From an uncultured Phycisphaerales bacterium (GTDB taxonomy: Bacteria > Planctomycetota > Phycisphaerae > Tepidisphaerales > Tepidisphaeraceae), in NCBI GenBank assembly GCA_963758525.1, contig CAVWVQ010000005.1:96001-160000 (forward strand): 64,000 bases of DNA, read 5' to 3'. Below, in pieces: positions 61,196 through 64,000 of this stretch (positions within the stretch are counted from its first letter, which is position 1; every line of letters begins with the position of its first letter). Both the position numbers and the translations under genes were made by a program. The notes under the pieces were generated by a model. It saw only the letters and a list, made by a program, of their open reading frames with translations. It ran no database searches and was not told the DNA's origin.

Positions 61196-64000
61196 CTATG
61201 CGAGCGCCGCGGCCATGAGATCGACACTGCCGCTGGCTCCATTGATGTTGGTGGATTTCACACAGCTGATCGTCAATGTCTGACCGGCTGATGCCGCCTG
61301 GTAGGTGATGGTATAGAGGTTTGTATAGAGCCCGGTGCCGGATGAAGTCAGGACCACGTCAGCGGCCGAGCCGTCGGACAAATGCGCCGTGAGCGTGGCT
61401 CCGCTGGAGTAGCCGCCGGCATAGATGTAAAGCGTGCGCGTGGTGGTGTCGGCTGGCGCGGTGAAGGAGTAGCCGGCGCCGATGGCGTTGTTGGCCCAGA
61501 TGTAGGCGTTATCTCCGGAATTCGCCGCCGTTGGAGCGCCGTCGCTCCAGGTAACGGAGCGGCTTGGATCGTAATACGAGCCGACGTTCCCCGAGCCGAG
61601 CACGGTTACGTTGCTGATCTGTGAATTGCCGGTGGCCTTGTGGTTGAAGGCGCCATAGACGTTGCCCGCGCCCCAGTCGGCCCAGTCGCTGGTGCCGAGG
61701 GTGGTAAGGTTATAGGTGGATGCAGCGACGGCCTGCGTCGCGTTGAGGGAGCCGGCGCCTGGCGCGGAAATGGCGATCTGGAAAGTTCCCAATGTCGCGA
61801 CGGAAGCGAAATTGCCGCTGGTGTCGCTGACGGAGTTCGCGGCGAGTGCGACGCTGTAGATGCCGTCGAATGCCGTCGTCCATCCCCCCGCAGGAGGCGC
61901 GACGCTGTAGGTGGCAGTGATCGTGGCGCTGTCGCTCGACGCGGAAGCGCTGACGAAGGTTGCGGTCTGGCTCGTGGGACCCGTCAACACCAGGTTACCG
62001 GTCAGCAGCGTGGAGTTCCTCACCGCGACGTTGTCGGTGTAGACGACTTTCAGTGTCGCCGGCGATGACGACGAGGTGATGGTCGGAGTGGTCAGGAGAG
62101 AAGCCAGCGGCTTGGTCGTGTCCGCCGCCGGCTCGCCGGTGAGGTACGCGGCGATAAGGTCCACGCTTCCGTTGGTGCCGACGACGTTGGCAGTTTTGAG
62201 CAGCGTGATGGTCAGCGTCTGACCGGCGGATGCGGCGTGATAGACGATGGTGTAGACGTTGGTATAGAGGCCCGAAGCGGAGCTCGTGACCGTGTAGTCC
62301 GCTGCCGAACCGTCGGAAAGATGAGCCGTCAGAGTCGACGCGATGTTGATGCCGCCGGCATAGACCGTCAGCGTGCGCGTGGTGGTATCCGCGGGAACGG
62401 TAAACGAATAGCCGGTGTTGAGCGCGCCGTTGCTCCAGATGTAGCCATGCTCGTTGGTGTCCGAGGCGGCAGGAGTGCCGTCCGTCCAGGTTGCGCTGCG
62501 CGACCCGTCGGAATAGCCGCCGAAGTTGGCGCCGGCGCCGACAACGGTGACGTTGGAGATCTGCGATCCGCCGGTGGCTTTGTGATCGAAGTTGCCGTAG
62601 ACCGCCCCGCGTCCCCAGTGAGCCCAGTCACTGGTCCCAAGCGTCGTAAGGTTGTATGAGGCGGCCGCGGTTCCGATCAGGCCGGAGAGAGAACCAGCGC
62701 CGGCGCAGGGATGGCGATCTGCAAGTTCCCAAGCGTCGCCGCCTTCGCAAAATTGTTGCTGGTATCGCTGACCGAGCTCTCGGCAAGAGCTATGGAATAT
62801 GTTCCGTTGGCAGCGGTCGTCCAACCTCCGGCTGGCGCGGCGACGCTGTACGTTGCGGTGATCGTCGCGTTGTTGCTGGAGGGCGAGGCGCTGACAAAAG
62901 TTGCAGTCGCGCTCGTGGGTCCGCTTAACGTCAGGTTTCCGGTCGCCAGCGTTGACGCCTTTACGGCAACATTGTCGGTGTAGACAACGGTCAACGTCGC
63001 CGGAGATCCGGAGGAGGTGACCGTCGGAGCCGACTGCAATACTGCCCCGGGGATGGTGGTGTCTGGCACGATCGCGATCTGGAACGTTCCCAGCGTCGCC
63101 TGCAGGGCGGCGTTGCTGCTGGCATCGGTGACGGAGCCGCCAAGCAGCGTGACGATGTAGCTCCCATTGGCGGCAGTGGTCCATCCGCCTGCGGGCGGCG
63201 CAACGCTGTACGTCGCGGTGATCGTGGCGCTGTTGCTGGCGGGCGACGCGCTGACAAAAGTTGCAGTCGCGCTGGTGGGTCCGCTCAACGTCAGGTTTCC
63301 CGTGAGCAGCGTTGACGCTTTTACGGCAACATTGTCGGTGTAAACAACGGTCAGCGTCGCCGGAGATGCCGAAGACGTGACGGTCGGAGTCGCCAGCAGC
63401 GCAGCCTGTGGCCGCGTCGTGTCGGGGACCGTTGGCGAGCTGGTGAGGTACGCGGCGATGAGGTCCGCGCTGCCGTTGGTGCCGACGATATTGCCGGTCT
63501 TCAGAAGAGTGATCGTCAACGTTTGGCCGGCGGTGGCGGCCCTGTAGGTGATGGTGTAGACGTTGGTGTAGAGCCCGGCAACGCCCGCCGTTGCAACGAA
63601 GTCCACGGCCGAGCCGTCCGACAGATGAGCGGTCAGCGAGGTTGAGACATTATTTCCGCCGGCATAGACGGTCAGCGTGCGCGTGGTGGTGTCGGCGGGG
63701 ACGGTAAACGAATAGCCGGTATTGAGTGCGCCGTTGCTCCAGATGTAGCCGTGCTCATTGGAGTCTGAGGCGGTGGGCGACCCGTCTGTCCAGGTTGTGT
63801 TGCGTGAGCCGTCAGAATAGCCGCCGAAATTTGCCCCGGCGCCGACGACGGTGACGTTGGAGATTTGCGAACCGCCGGTGGCCTTGTGATCGAAGTTGCC
63901 ATAGGTGCCCCCGCGTCCCCAGTCGGCCCAGTCGGCCGAGCCCAGCGTCGTCAAATTCAAACCGGAAGCGGCCGCGGCCTGCGTGCCAGCCACCGACCCG
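61196..64000 (-). CDS. Large Thr/Ser/Gly/Ala-rich modular repeat protein (likely extracellular), 5' end beyond the window, apparent frameshift near 62702
   Basis: Three copies of module A (NLTTLG.SDWA.WG...HKATG.SQIS...PADTTTRTL...AHLSDGSA...AGQTLTI) and three of module B (DTT.P...VVYTDNVAV...ATYSVA.PAGGWTTA...SV.D.S.N), in the order A-B-B-A-B-A. Confidence 0.85.

Overview
A GC-rich bacterial chromosomal segment of about 55 mostly housekeeping or metabolic genes. They include a fucose-isomerase-like gene, P-II, truD, bioD, addB-addA, trmL, phhB, hom with an apgM-like gene, pheA, rex, proS, a chlorite-dismutase/coproheme-decarboxylase-family gene, apt and an RpoD-family sigma factor. Gene content (PVC-type heme/HEAT/cytochrome c protein, prepilin-type leader, ATQP/ATRP-type low-complexity motifs) suggests a planctomycete, probably Phycisphaerae; this is inference. 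About 20 genes are split by small indels, including conserved ones (addB, addA, pheA, rex), which most likely reflects long-read assembly error. I found no rRNA, tRNA, CRISPR array, integrase or transposase. The most striking non-genic structure is that most intergenic gaps hold either a short-period (7-8 nt) tandem array, often followed by its reverse complement, or a REP-like palindrome from one of several families. One heptamer pair brackets a four-helix-bundle gene like a cassette, and one octamer element sits in frame inside a VWA gene. Other points: three toxin-antitoxin loci (one decaying), a P-II lacking Tyr51 coupled to a DUF151 nuclease, a truD-SET-kinase run, a recurring leaderless-type promoter layout, a prepilin-leader remnant, and a large modular repeat protein at the right edge. 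Domain calls come from motif recognition by eye, not from database searches.
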